Positions 13,308 through 25,771 of a DNA stretch of 63,998 nt are shown piece after piece. The stretch is from Octopus bimaculoides. Taxonomy: Eukaryota. The position numbers and the translations under genes were made by a program. How positions within the stretch are numbered: the stretch's first letter is position 1; each line of letters opens with the position of its first letter. The notes under the pieces were generated by a model. That model made no database searches and had not been told where the DNA came from. It saw only the letters and a list, made by a program, of their open reading frames with translations. Location: assembly GCF_001194135.2 (NCBI RefSeq), contig NC_068995.1, positions 19,617,376-19,681,373 on the forward strand, in the 5' to 3' direction.

Positions 13308-13958
13308 GTATAGAATGTCAGTATTTCAACAGAAAAATAGAAGGAATGAGAAACAGAAGAAATGAATGGATATGCTAGAGTGTGTGTACACGCGCTGTGT
13401 CTCTGTGTTGTGTGTGAGTGCGTGCGTGTTTAAGTACTGGCTGACCGAACAAAATTTCTCTGCACTCATCAAAAAGATACATTGCAATATTTAGCTCCAG
13501 TTACATAACTTTGTGGCACGTAATTCCCGATAGCGACTTTGTCTTCGCTTTCCTCTTGCTCGGGTGAGTGGGCCGCTATAGCATTGCAGCCCTCATGTGA
13601 GGAGTCAAGCATCCAATCAATAAATGATTCATACATCTCTCCTAAAATACGTGGCATTGTCCCAGTTGTAAGGAAACAAAATATGCATTGTTTATGTGCT
13701 TTGAGTTCCTCTATAAATTTTTTGTGTGTGTGTGTGACTGCAAAATTTCATTATATTTCCTATTATTATATTTGTATCGGGGCATTGAATGAATCTTTGA
13801 CAAACATTTGTAGATAAGCGACACAATCAGAAGAAATTTCCTAGTTCCTGTCGAATTACCGCTTATCTTTCCCGTATTTTACTCTCTGTTTTCACCAACA
13901 TACATTAGAGATAACAACATCGAATTAGGGCTGATGCGATTAATAAAAATATGAAATC

Positions 13959-13960
<2 letters not shown>

Positions 13961-14020
<60 letters not shown>

Positions 14021-14131
14021 AAGAAGAAGAAGAAGAAGAAGAAGAAGAAGACGAAGAAGAATAACAACAACAACAACAACAACAACAACAATAACAACAA
14101 CAACAACAACAACAAGAGCAGCAGCAGCAGT
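13961..14131. repeat. Compound trinucleotide array (AAT)n-(AAG)n-(AAC)n-(AGC)n
   Basis: Directly visible. Confidence 0.97.
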
Positions 14132-14324
14132 AATTATGGTTTCTTTTATTGGCAACAAGGGCCCAAAACAGTAGAAAGGCAAAACACAAAGGAAACGAAC
14201 ACGAAACAATAAAAACCTATTAGCGTATAAATGATAATAAATAGCAGTAACAATGTAGAATGACAACAACTTTATCAGCAGCAACAACAACAACAACAGC
14301 AACGGTTAAAATATCAATAAAAAT

Positions 14325-14550
14325 AATCCTTCCTACTAAAGGCGCAAAGCCTGAAATTTTGTGGAAGGAGACTAGTTAATTGCATCGACCGCAATGTTTC
14401 ACTGGTACTTAATCTATCAACCCCGAAAGGATAAAAAGCAAAGTCGACCTCGGTGGAATTAGAGCTCAGAGTATGGTGACAGACGAAATGCTACTAAACA
14501 TTTCACCCGGTGTTCTAACGATTCTGCCAACTGACCACCTTGGTGGTGGT
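14325..14550 (-). mobile_element. SINE family A copy
   Basis: Reverse complement of the family A core (aaagtcgacctcggtggaatt.gagctcaga...gacgaaatgc...ctgccaactgaccacc). Confidence 0.85.
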
Positions 14551-14589
14551 GGTGGTGGTGGTGGTGGTGGTGGTGGTGACGATGATGAC

Positions 14590-14630
<41 letters not shown>

Positions 14631-14654
14631 CGGTGCTGCTGATGATGACGGTGC

Positions 14655-14685
<31 letters not shown>

Positions 14686-14703
14686 AACGGTGGTGATGGT
14701 GAT

Positions 14704-14734
<31 letters not shown>

Positions 14735-14752
14735 ATGATGATGATGATGATC
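14551..14752. repeat. (GGT)n-(GAT)n compound trinucleotide array
   Basis: Directly visible; source of the poly-G/poly-D ORF 14473-14847. Confidence 0.95.
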
Positions 14753-15189
14753 TTGATATCATGGCCAAAATGAACCGCAAAATAACAGTAGGAAGAAAAA
14801 AAGAAAAGGTGACTCATAAGAAAAATAAGATAAAGACAATCATATGATGTCCCCCAATAAGTGGTAAAACTACTTTGGTTTCACGAAGCATGCACACAGA
14901 TCCGGAATTACCCTTACAAATAAAGGGCAAGTAAGTACCTTCTCCCAGCTGTTATTTTCCGATCTACAGAAGTATGTTAAGAGTAAATCCTTTCATTAAG
15001 ATCGCGTTTTCTTCCCTTGCCTTAAGTTTCAGCAAATTTAATGGGAGAGGGATGCAGTCATAGCGTTTCCCACCCCTCTATCATTCAGTAATGTCAATGA
15101 TTTTTCTCCAGTTCTCGACTAACAAGATAATACTGTCAACTTACATGAAACAAGTAATTTTGACTGAGATAAACAAATTAAAGAAAATT

Positions 15190-15390
15190 AACGATCATTA
15201 TCGACATCGTCCTCCTCCTCACCATCATGACCATCAACGTCCCCCTCCTCCTCCTCATCATCATCATCATCGTCATCATCATCGTCAAACCCCTACTCTT
15301 CTCCCTACTCCTCTTCATCATCATCATCATCATCATCGTCATCATCATTATCACCATCATCGTTGTCGTCGTCACCATTATTATCATCAT
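15190..15390. repeat. Degenerate (CAT)n/(CCT)n trinucleotide tract
   Basis: Directly visible; source of poly-H/poly-P ORFs. Confidence 0.9.
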
Positions 15391-16127
15391 ATATTTATGG
15401 AGTCACCATCGAAACTTCCCATTCGCTCAACCTTCCATTCATCGATACTAAAGCCAACGGTATTTTGGTTGCTTTATCTTTTATTTATTTATGTATATTA
15501 TATCATGTGCGTGTATGTACGTGTGTGTGTCCATGTGATTGTGTGCGTGCGTGCGTGTGTGTGGGGGGGGTGTTTGTGTGTGTGTGTGTGTGTGTCCATG
15601 TGATTGCGTGTGTCAATCACATCGGATCTCTTGTTACTTTTATTATCGGCACTGTTCTTCAACTGCAAGTTAGCTTGAAAGTGCAAATCTATGATCAAAG
15701 ATATCCTTGCACTGACTATCCATCAGTCTGCTATTCTTCAAAAATGGTAAATCCAGTTCCACATTATTTCAACGTATCCCTTTTGTCAAGAGGCACATCT
15801 GGCTCCAAAGAACATAATTACCGCTTTATTTTACTGAGCCATCACTTGTCGCTCCCGACGAGAGAATCCTCATATATATATTACTCTCACACACACACAC
15901 ATAAGTGTATGTTTGCTTTGTGTGTATGTGTGTGTGCTTTTGTGCACATGTGTGTGTGCGCGCGCATGAGTGTAACCAAATAATCTAGCCATTAATTGGT
16001 AAGAGGGTGACAAGAAATTCTTTTAAAAGAAAATGATGTTCACATTCGGGACTTAGGGTTTCATGCGTGGGTAATTAACAAATATTCAACGAGACGTGAT
16101 TTCTTTGCGTACACACACACACATGCA

Positions 16128-16220
16128 CATATATACATACATACATACATACATGCATGCATGCATGCGTACATACATACATACATACATACATACATAC
16201 ATACATACATACATACATAC
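16128..16220. repeat. (CATA)n microsatellite
   Basis: Directly visible. Confidence 0.95.
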
Positions 16221-17046
16221 GGCTTTCTCACTAGATAATTTCAAGCTCTACCTAATATAGAACGACGTTTGCCTATGTTCCATAACCGTCAGATCGAGTG
16301 AATTACTGCGTAGTTGCATACCAAATACCTAACCCATGCAACATTGCCTCTACCTGTGAGCATCTCATATTTTTCCGTGCCCATTGTTTATTGTTGTGTA
16401 CTTCTCATTAATATTACGCATTGAACATATCGTTTTTATTTCTAGCAGACAGGAATGGACGTTTTACCAACTGAAGTTGATATCGTTGATCTCCATACCG
16501 ATGCTACCACTGCTGTTCCTAGAAAGATTGCTTTTTATGTTTAAGCTAATTTCTTTTGGTGATTTTTGCTATTTTATCGAAGGGCAACATTGTTTGAGAT
16601 AATCTATGATGGATGCACTCCAATTTTGCAACAGCACGTTTTTAAGGCGAACGTTGTGATGGGAGACAATTTGGTGACTTTTTCTCTCAGGTTGAGTGAA
16701 CATGTTGATTTGCTTCTGACTATCGTTGACGCATTTATTGATACTGTCGTAATTGTTGTCCTTCATATTGCCGTTGATGATGATGTTATTGTTGTTGTTG
16801 TTCTTGCTTAAGATTACGTCAACCATAATCGAGCAGCCATTTTGATTGAAGTCATTCGAACCATGACGTTTTATAGACTATGTAAAAAAAAAAAGTGTCC
16901 TTTACTTTGTCATAACAGTAAGCGGAAATTTGGCCGCTATTTCAAACCGGTCAAGTGACCAGGCACAAGCTTTCTCGTTAGCTTCTAGCTGCTGACGCTG
17001 TTGTTTTTACTATTTCCCAGGCTGTTGTTTATAACAATGATGACAA

Positions 17047-17152
17047 TGACGTCAGTAATCGTTTTTTTTAAATTATATTTTGAGCCAATGTGAGACACGT
17101 GGTGACAGGCACGTGATCTCTATGTTTCTTGTACAATGCTCCAATGTGTGAC
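17047..17152. promoter_or_regulatory. Candidate cis-regulatory cluster: CRE, CCAAT x2, CACGTG x2
   Basis: TGACGTCA 17047-17054, CCAAT 17085-17089 and 17141-17145, CACGTG 17096-17101 and 17110-17115. Motif match only; no linked transcript. Confidence 0.25.
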
Positions 17153-17740
17153 TGTCGTTATTGTTACTATTATTATTGTTGCTACGCCCCTGCTACCGCT
17201 GCTGCTCCTGCTGCTCCTGCTGCTACTTCTTTTGCTGATGCTGTTCTGATTTTGATGTTTTATTCGTTTTTGTTGTTGCAACTTCTCCGACAGCTGATGG
17301 CTAAGTTGTTTGCGTTGTTCTTGTTCTTAGTGATGGTTGGAGTGACATTGTTCCTGCTGCTGGTGTCCATTGCAATTGTTAATATTACATTTTGATGGTG
17401 AAGACGACGGCCACGATGATGATGATCATCATCATCATGATCATGACGGCGACGTCGACGACGCAAGGAAGAAGGGGGTGATGTGAAGGCGGACAAAGAG
17501 CGGAGGATATTTCTGATTCTGTATTTTAATTGCTACTGTTTTTTTTTGTTTTTTTATGTTGCTGTTGTTGATATTTTAGCTGCTTCTGTTGTTGATGGAA
17601 AAATGGCCACCATTGTCGTTGGTGATTCGGCTGTGGCTGTTGTTTTAGTTGTTGCTGTTTGTGATAGAGTTAAAGCTGCTGCAGTTATTATTGTTGCAGT
17701 TGTTGCAGTTGTTCCTCCTGTTTCTGCTTCTTGATATTGA
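17150..17740. repeat. Decayed GCT/GTT/GAT trinucleotide low-complexity region
   Basis: Cryptic triplet periodicity; short A/T/V-rich ORFs with stops in all frames. Confidence 0.75.
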
Positions 17741-17954
17741 TATATCCGCTGTAACAATCGATTTCAAAGTGTCTCCCAAGGTTGGCTACTATATTCAGGT
17801 GTCATAGACAGATGACAGTTTTAATGTCAGGAGAAATGACACTTAAGTCAGTGAACTATACGGTCGAGCATGTGTGTAGGTGGGACAGCAGAGGAGGGGG
17901 TGGAGTGGCTCGGGAAAGGTAGAACTACTGAGATATCGAGGAACGACGTGTAAT

Positions 17955-18168
17955 AGTGAGAGAGAAAGAGACAGAGAGAGAGAGAGAGAGACTGAGAGAG
18001 AGAGAGAAACTGAGAGAGAGAAAGAGAGAGAGAGAGATTCAAAGAGCACCAAAAGCTGAAGTGAGAGTTTAAAAAGACACTGGAGAGAATAGAAGAAAGG
18101 AAATCTAAAGAGTAAAGGAGAATAACGAACAATGAGATGGAAGATGAGATACATAACACCATCTTGAC

Positions 18169-18221
<53 letters not shown>

Positions 18222-18343
18222 TATATCTGCTTGCGTATATGGGTATATGCGCGAGTGTGTATACATGGTGTTTTGGGTATATAAGTTCATAAGCACTTAC
18301 TTTGGAGTATCAATGCTAAACCCTTGGAATACCGACTGTATTG

Positions 18344-18396
<53 letters not shown>

Positions 18397-18401
18397 GTCT
18401 A

Positions 18402-18451
<50 letters not shown>

Positions 18452-18475
18452 CGTGTGTGTGTGTGTGTGTGTGTA
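17955..18475. repeat. (AG)n, (AT)n, (ATCT)n and (GT)n microsatellites
   Basis: Directly visible at about 17955-18037, 18171-18218, 18342-18400 and 18405-18474. Confidence 0.93.
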
Positions 18476-18819
18476 TGCACGCTTGTATGCGTGTATGTTT
18501 GCATGTATGCAAATATACGCGGTGGATGCAACAGTAGGTATATAGTGTCACATCAATGTTATAAAACTTAATTCATTAAAATTATTTGCACATTAAATTA
18601 GTTAGCCTCATTTTTGCTATTTTCAGTGTCATTAATCTTAATAATACATTAACATAACTTGTAATAACTATAATAATACTTTTATCGTAACTTTTATATA
18701 TTTACTTATTTATTTATTTATTTATTTATTATATAAATAGATGAGTATTGTATATGTTTTCCTTTTTTCAGAACTGTACACCTATTTTGCACCACTCTGT
18801 ATATACATACATATGCATA

Positions 18820-19165
18820 TATGTTAGCTTGCTTCCCAACCGTATTGTTTCGGATGCTGTCCTTGCCTTGTGGATAGATTTGATATGCAGTAACTAAAAG
18901 AAGACCGTCGTATATATATGCATTAATATATATCTATGTGTGTGTGTGCCTTTGTGTCCGTTTGTTCCCCCATCACGACTTGACAGCCGGTGTTGGTGTT
19001 TTTACATCCTATTAATTTAGCGGTTTGGTAAAATAGACTGATAGAATAAGTACAAAGCTTTAAAAAATAAGTCATGGGTCGATTTATTCCACTAAAACCT
19101 TTCAAGGCGGTACTCTAGAAAGGCCGCAGTTAAATGGCTGAAACAAGTGACAGAATAAAAGAATA
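18820..19165 (+). mobile_element. SINE family B copy (partly deleted head, internal TA/TG tract, full 3' tail)
   Basis: agcttgcttcccaacc head; cttgacagccggtgttggtgtttttacatcc; tcaaggcggtactc...ggccgcagttaaatggctgaaacaagt...aataaaaga tail. Confidence 0.85.
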
Positions 19166-19239
19166 TATACATAACGATTATACGGGATACTATTTGCTTT
19201 CTCACGTTTCATTTTAAATTTTTATCTTTCTTCCACCCT

Positions 19240-19405
19240 CCCACCTTCTTCTCTTTCTTTCTTTCTTTCTTATTTTCTTTCTTTCGTTCCTTCTTTCTTT
19301 CTTTCTTTCTTTCTTTCTTTTATTCATTCATTCTTTGTTTGTTAGTTTGTTTGTTTGTTTGTTTGTTTCTTTGTTTCTTTGTTTGTTTGTTTCTTTCTTT
19401 CTTTC
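19240..19405. repeat. (CTTT)n/(GTTT)n pyrimidine-rich tract
   Basis: Directly visible. Confidence 0.9.
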
Positions 19406-20327
19406 TACAATACTTTTCACATCCAATACAAAACTTTTCCATTAGCGTTACTTCCGCGCATGTCTTGTCTGGTGCTATCTCATAGCTGAAAAACCTTAGT
19501 ACGATCAAAAAGTATCCGATTTTAGTTTTTTTCCCGCCAAAACTAATGCCGCGCAGAGAATATCTTTTGAGTGGAAGATGACGTACATGTGTATGCATGA
19601 AAATTCTTTCATGAAGTCTGGGTCGTGGTTTGCACAGTCCAGCAAGTTCCATTAGGAGTTGCTTCTGCAGATCTGCCAGTACTTTGGGGNNNNNNNNNNN
19701 NNNNNNNNNNNNNNNNNNNNNNNNNNNNNNNNNNNNNNNNNNNNNNNNNNNNNNNNNNNNNNNNNNNNNNNNNNNNNNNNNNNNNNNNNNNNNNNNNNNN
19801 NNNNNNNNNNNNNNNNNNNNNNNNNNNNNNNNNNNNNNNNNNNNNNNNNNNNNNNNNNNNNNNNNNNNNNNNNNNNNNNNNNNNNNNNNNNNNNNNNNNN
19901 NNNNNNNNNNNNNNNNNNNNNNNNNNNNNNNNNNNNNNNNNNNNNNNNNNNNNNNNNNNNNNNNNNNNNNNNNNNNNNNNNNNNNNNNNNNNNNNNNNNN
20001 NNNNNNNNNNNNNNNNNNNNNNNNNNNNNNNNNNNNNNNNNNNNNNNNNNNNNNNNNNNNNNNNNNNNNNNNNNNNNNNNNNNNNNNNNNNNNNNNNNNN
20101 NNNNNNNNNNNNNNNNNNNNNNNNNNNNNNNNNNNNNNNNNNNNNNNNNNNNNNNNNNNNNNNNNNNNNNNNNNNNNNNNNNNNNNNNNNNNNNNNNNNN
20201 NNNNNNNNNNNNNNNNNNNNNNNNNNNNNNNNNNNNNNNNNNNNNNNNNNNNNNNNNNNNNNNNNNNNNNNNNNNNNNNNNNNNNNNNNNNNNNNNNNNN
20301 NNNNNNNNNNNNNNNNNNNNNNNNNNN

Positions 20328-21183
20328 GTCGTCGTGATGGTCGTAGTGGTCGTGGTGGTCATGGTGGTCGTGGTCGTGGTAGTGGTAGTGGTTTTGGTGG
20401 TCGTGGTCGTGGTGGTCGTGCTAGTAGTAGTTGTAGTAGTAGTAGTAGTAGTTGTAGTAGTAATTGTAGTAGTAGTAGCAGCAGCAGCAGCAGCAGGACT
20501 TCGTTCATATTGCTGTTACCTATGTTTTTGTATACGGTAGAGTGGTGTTGGTGTCGGTGCGTGTTATGGTTGAGGGAGAAAATAATTACAGAAAAATTGG
20601 GAAAGCGACGACGATGAAGATGATAACGAAGATGATGATGAGAGTGATGGAGCTGATGCTGATATTGACGAAGACGACGAGAGAAAAAAGAACTGCAGTA
20701 AGTTGAAAGAAGTGGAAAAGACAGAATGAAGACGAGTGGAAGTGAAGTAAATTAGGAAGGGAAATAGTGAAGTGAATATGATGTAAAGAAAGGGGGGAGA
20801 AGTGGGAAGTGGGTTAAAGGAAGAGGGGGAGGTAGTAGTAGTAGTAGGAGGAGGAGGAGGAGGAGGAGGAGGAGGGAGAGGAGGGAGAGGAAGGGGAGTG
20901 TAGAGTGGGAAGAAGAAGAAGAAGAAGAAGAAGAAGAAGAAGAAGAAGAAGAAAAAAAAGAAGAAGAAGACGAAGAAGAAGTAGAAGAAGAAGAAGAAGA
21001 AGAAGAAGAAGAAGAAGAAGAAGAAGAAGAAGNNNNNNNNNNNNNNNNNNNNNNNNNNNNNNNNNNNNNNNNNNNNNAAAGAAGAAGAAGACGAAGAAGA
21101 AGAAGAAGAAGAAGAAGAAGAAGAAGAAGAAGAAGAAGAAGAAGATGAAGAGGACTAAAGGAAAAGAAGAATTCATAGAAGCA

Positions 21184-21238
<55 letters not shown>

Positions 21239-21310
21239 AAGAGGCTCAGCATAATGATAATGCTGATGATAATGGCAATGATGCTGATGATGTTGATGAT
21301 GATAAAAGAG
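20328..21310. repeat. (GTC/GTG/GTA/GCA)n, (GGA)n, long (GAA)n and (GAAA)n tracts around gap 21033-21077
   Basis: Directly visible; source of poly-R/K/S/L ORFs. Confidence 0.95.
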
Positions 21311-22424
21311 AAGAGAGATGTGGAACAAAGCTGTTAACCTATGAAAGACTGCCATATAAGCTACAGAAAAGTACAAAGTTCACAGCAGGCCTCCCTACAC
21401 CTGTCTTGAACTAACCGTGACTATCGGCTGAAATATCTCCGGCGCTGAAAGAATCGAGTTGATAAACAACCGTCGAAGGACAGAAAGCAATTCTTTTTTA
21501 TTTTATTTTATTTTATTTATTTTATTTATACTTTTGTTGGTTCGTTCAAGTTTAGAGAGAAATATGTGACGGAAACGAGATGACGGCTACAAAATATTGG
21601 AGCCGGAATATAGCGGAAATTACTGAAAGTGTTGACATGATACAAGAGTGTGACAAACACACCGGAAGTGATAGTCTGAAATAATGGCAGTGATGATTGA
21701 GAGAAGCAGACGGTCGACGAACAGATGATAATAAGATAGATAAATGAGAGGACGAAGATGTAAGTAAACTTTAAGGGAAACAAAAAAAGATAATATATAT
21801 AACTGAATCGCCTGCTTTTTAGGTCTTTTTTTTTTTTGCTATATCCCCATCTTAAAACAGAGTACAAATAATATTGGTAAAAGGATTAGAACTGAAGGAA
21901 TGTCGTTTATAAAACAATGTAAGTTATGTAATATGAAAATGGATAGCATTTGCTGAAATACATAAATGCACTCCCGCACACAAATGTACATACATTTACA
22001 CACGCATAAAAGAAACGAGAAATTCACTCATGGATACGTATATCTAAGCCCCTTGTCGCTTAAATGATTACAGATAGCAAAAATGTGTTTTAAGTTACAA
22101 CGCTGTAGATATTCAACTTTCAGTAAGGGAAATAAGTTCTGCTATGTGAATTACCTTTGTGTACAACCAATGGTGTATGTTTGTATTTTGAGATGAGAGT
22201 AGATATAGATATAAATTTACATCCATCCTATCAATAACTGAATATATAATAAATACGTATGGGCAGAGAGTGTAGGGCAATACACGTCTCTTGACAGGAC
22301 AATCAATTATTCTTGCTAAACTTTCTTTAAAATGCCAATACATATCGTATATTTTACTCAGACCATTGTTCTTTCCAGAGAAGCATCTGTGGACATCGAA
22401 GTTTCTTAACTTACATACTTATTA

Positions 22425-23528
22425 TAGGCGCAGGCGTGGCTGTTTGATAAGAAGCTTGTGTCCCAACCACATCGCTCCAAATTCAAGCCCATTGCGTGGC
22501 ATCTTCGGCTAGTGTCTTCTACTGTAACCTCGGGCCGACGAAAGCCTTGTGAGCTGATTTGGTAGATGGAAGCTGAAAGAAGCTCATTATGTATATATAT
22601 ATATATATATATNNNNNNNNNNNNNNNNNNNNNNNNNNNNNNNNNNNNNNNNNNNNNNNNNNNNNNNNNNNNNNNNNNNNNNNNNNNNNNNNNNNNNNNN
22701 NNNNNNNNNNNNNNNNNNNNNNNNNNNNNNNNNNNNNNNNNNNNNNNNNNNNNNNNNNNNNNNNNNNNNNNNNNNNNNNNNNNNNNNNNNNNNNNNNNNN
22801 NNNNNNNNNNNNNNNNNNNNNNNNNNNNNNNNNNNNNNNNNNNNNNNNNNNNNNNNNNNNNNNNNNNNNNNNNNNNNNNNNNNNNNNNNNNNNNNNNNNN
22901 NNNNNNNNNNNNNNNNNNNNNNNNNNNNNNNNNNNNNNNNNNNNNNNNNNNNNNNNNNNNNNNNNNNNNNNNNNNNNNNNNNNNNNNNNNNNNNNNNNNN
23001 NNNNNNNNNNNNNNNNNNNNNNNNNNNNNNNNNNNNNNNNNNNNNNNNNNNNNNNNNNNNNNNNNNNNNNNNNNNNNNNNNNNNNNNNNNNNNNNNNNNN
23101 NNNNNNNNNNNNNNNNNNNNNNNNNNNNNNNNNNNNNNNNNNNNNNNNNNNNNNNNNNNNNNNNNNNNNNNNNNNNNNNNNNNNNNNNNNNNNNNNNNNN
23201 NNNNNNNNNNNNNNNNNNNNNNNNNNNNNNNNNNNNNNNNNNNNNNNNNNNNNNNNNNNNNNNNNNNNNNNNNNNNNNNNNNNTATATATACGTGTGCGT
23301 GTGTCTTTCTGCTTGTGTTTCTTCCCACCACCACCACCACCACTTGACAACCGGTGGTGATGGTTACGCCCTCTTAACTTAGTGGTTGGGCAAAGAAATT
23401 GATAGACTAAATACCGGGCTTATTAAATAAGTACTGAGGCCGATTCCTTTCACTAAAAAAGTTCTTCAATGCGACGCCCCAGCATACACGCAGTCTAATG
23501 AGTGAAACAGGTACGAAAGATAAAAGAC
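22425..23528 (+). mobile_element. Full-length SINE family B with its internal microsatellite collapsed into an N-gap
   Basis: tRNA-like head ggcgcaggcgtggctg...ttcaagccc...gtgtcttctactgtaacctcgggccgac.aaagccttgtgag (22425-22590), then (TA)n, gap 22613-23283, then 3' tail cttgacaaccggtg...aataagtactgagg...cagcat...gaaacagg...ataaaaga. Confidence 0.85.
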
Positions 23529-24236
23529 CAAAGATATATACGTACAGACATACGTGCGCGTGTGCATACACATTCACACACAAGCACAGTCACTCACACG
23601 TATAAAATCAACTAAGCAACAATCCTCTGTATGGCACGTATATGTATACGCATTCAATTCCGATTTATTCTATAAACAGATATTTGTATAATTTTATTTC
23701 TTTTCATTTTATTTTCCAGGATTTGCTTTAACATCATACCGAAACGTTGCATTAAATTGAACATTCGCTGAGAATATCTTCCGTATTCAGGAAAGAGTTA
23801 CAAAGACAACAATAGTACTTAAATGTTTACAAATAACTGATTCCGAAAGAGTTAAATGGTATCAAGTTATATTTAGCAATTTTCAATGAATTATCGACTA
23901 TCGAAAGCTCGGATTCCGGTTTATATTTATCTTATATTTAATTGAGTAATAAAATACTTCAATGAATAAATATTTTATGGTAGATAAAATGTTTCTAAAA
24001 GATTTTGAATAGAGCAATGTGGTTGTCTTATAAATTTGTTCCATCCCAATATACATACATACATACATACATAGAAAGAAAGAATGAAAGAACGAGAGGG
24101 ATGGAGAGAGAGATAGGGACAGACTCACCTAAACATATGATTATACATATATACATATATACGTACATACATATGTAATATGCATTATGTATATCTATGT
24201 CTGTCTACTTATCTATATATCTATCTATCTATCTAT

Positions 24237-24283
<47 letters not shown>

Positions 24284-25720
24284 NNNNNNNNNNNNNNNNN
24301 NNNNNNNNNNNNNNNNNNNNNNNNNNNNNNNNNNNNNNNNNNNNNNNNNNNNNNNNNNNNNNNNNNNNNNNNNNNNNNNNNNNNNNNNNNNNNNNNNNNN
24401 NNNNNNNNNNNNNNNNNNNNNNNNNNNNNNNNNNNNNNNNNNNNNNNNNNNNNNNNNNNNNNNNNNNNNNNNNNNNNNNNNNNNNNNNNNNNNNNNNNNN
24501 NNNNNNNNNNNNNNNNNNNNNNNNNNNNNNNNNNNNNNNNNNNNNNNNNNNNNNATATATATATATTTATATATATATATATATACATACACACACATTT
24601 ATTTATATGTATACACACACATACACACACACATATGCAGCACGCACCCTCACACACATATATCCACATACAAGAAAATACACATATACATGTATACATA
24701 CATATGCATAGATATGTGTGTGTGTCTTCTTGTATGTAAGTGTGTGTGAGTATCTACATATATATTGATATATATTGGTATGTAATTATTCATCGGGGAC
24801 AATTATCTACGAATTATCTAGCAAAAATCAAACCAGTATTTTAGCTGACTGTGTGACTTTCAGAAAATATACTCCTCTTGGCATTCACTATCTTTCTATC
24901 ACAACTGAAGTACACTCATATATTATGCGTAACATTTACGTATTTGATATCAAAATCACTTTATAACCGAGCTGAAGTAGAATTCGGCGAATTTCTAATG
25001 TCTAGCACCAGAGATATTACATAGTGATTCGAAAGTGATATAGATATACATGGATGTATGCGACTGTGTTTGCGTCTGAGGAAATGTGTGTGTATGTACT
25101 AGATAGAAACCGATAAAAGAAATTCATATTTAACCCAAGCCACATGAGAAAATGACTGCCAGCGTTCACTTTTCATTAAGTATGTATCGAGAGAATAACT
25201 GAATAATGAAAATACGAGCACTCATTCATGTAGATATGACTGTGTGTTTGTGTGTGTGTGTATTCATATATTATATATGCATACATGCAAAGATATATGC
25301 GTATATACATACATATATATAGGTGTAGGTGTGTGGTAATAGAATAGCGTGATCCGCAAAGATCTTGCTATAGTCAGTTATTTAGCACTGGGGATGTGCA
25401 TGGCATGTATAGTTGACATAAAGTGGATGATACTCGATCAACATATTTTAAACAGTTCGTCCCATATGGAATATGATGGAAGTTTTGATAAGATAACTGC
25501 AACTATAAAACTCACGATTTAGCAATCAAGTTGCTAATTAGGCGATTTTAAATTGTTACGTGTAGGGAATGCAGTAAGTATATGTGCACTTCACAGGTTT
25601 CCGTACAGATCGGAACAAGGTTTACGTAACACCAAGGTGTAACATATTTTCATCTTCACTTTTCTTTAGGTATAGTTGTCTTTGGATTATAAGTTACACA
25701 TACACATACACATACACACT

Positions 25721-25771
<51 letters not shown>

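Noticed and set aside
13469-13817. Short ORFs on both strands and a gg|gtgagt donor-like site at ~13563
   Set aside because: No recognisable protein similarity and no good acceptor.
14473-14847. Poly-Gly/poly-Asp ORF resembling an acidic shell or matrix protein
   Set aside because: The N-terminus is antisense SINE sequence and the rest is a (GGT)n(GAT)n microsatellite.
15363-15983. 206-aa ORF
   Set aside because: It spans simple repeats at both ends, and the unique middle has no recognisable motif or splice support.
16400-16826. Asn-rich minus-strand reading (MVDVILSKNNNN...)
   Set aside because: In-frame stops follow at short intervals, and the composition is explained by decayed AAC repeats.
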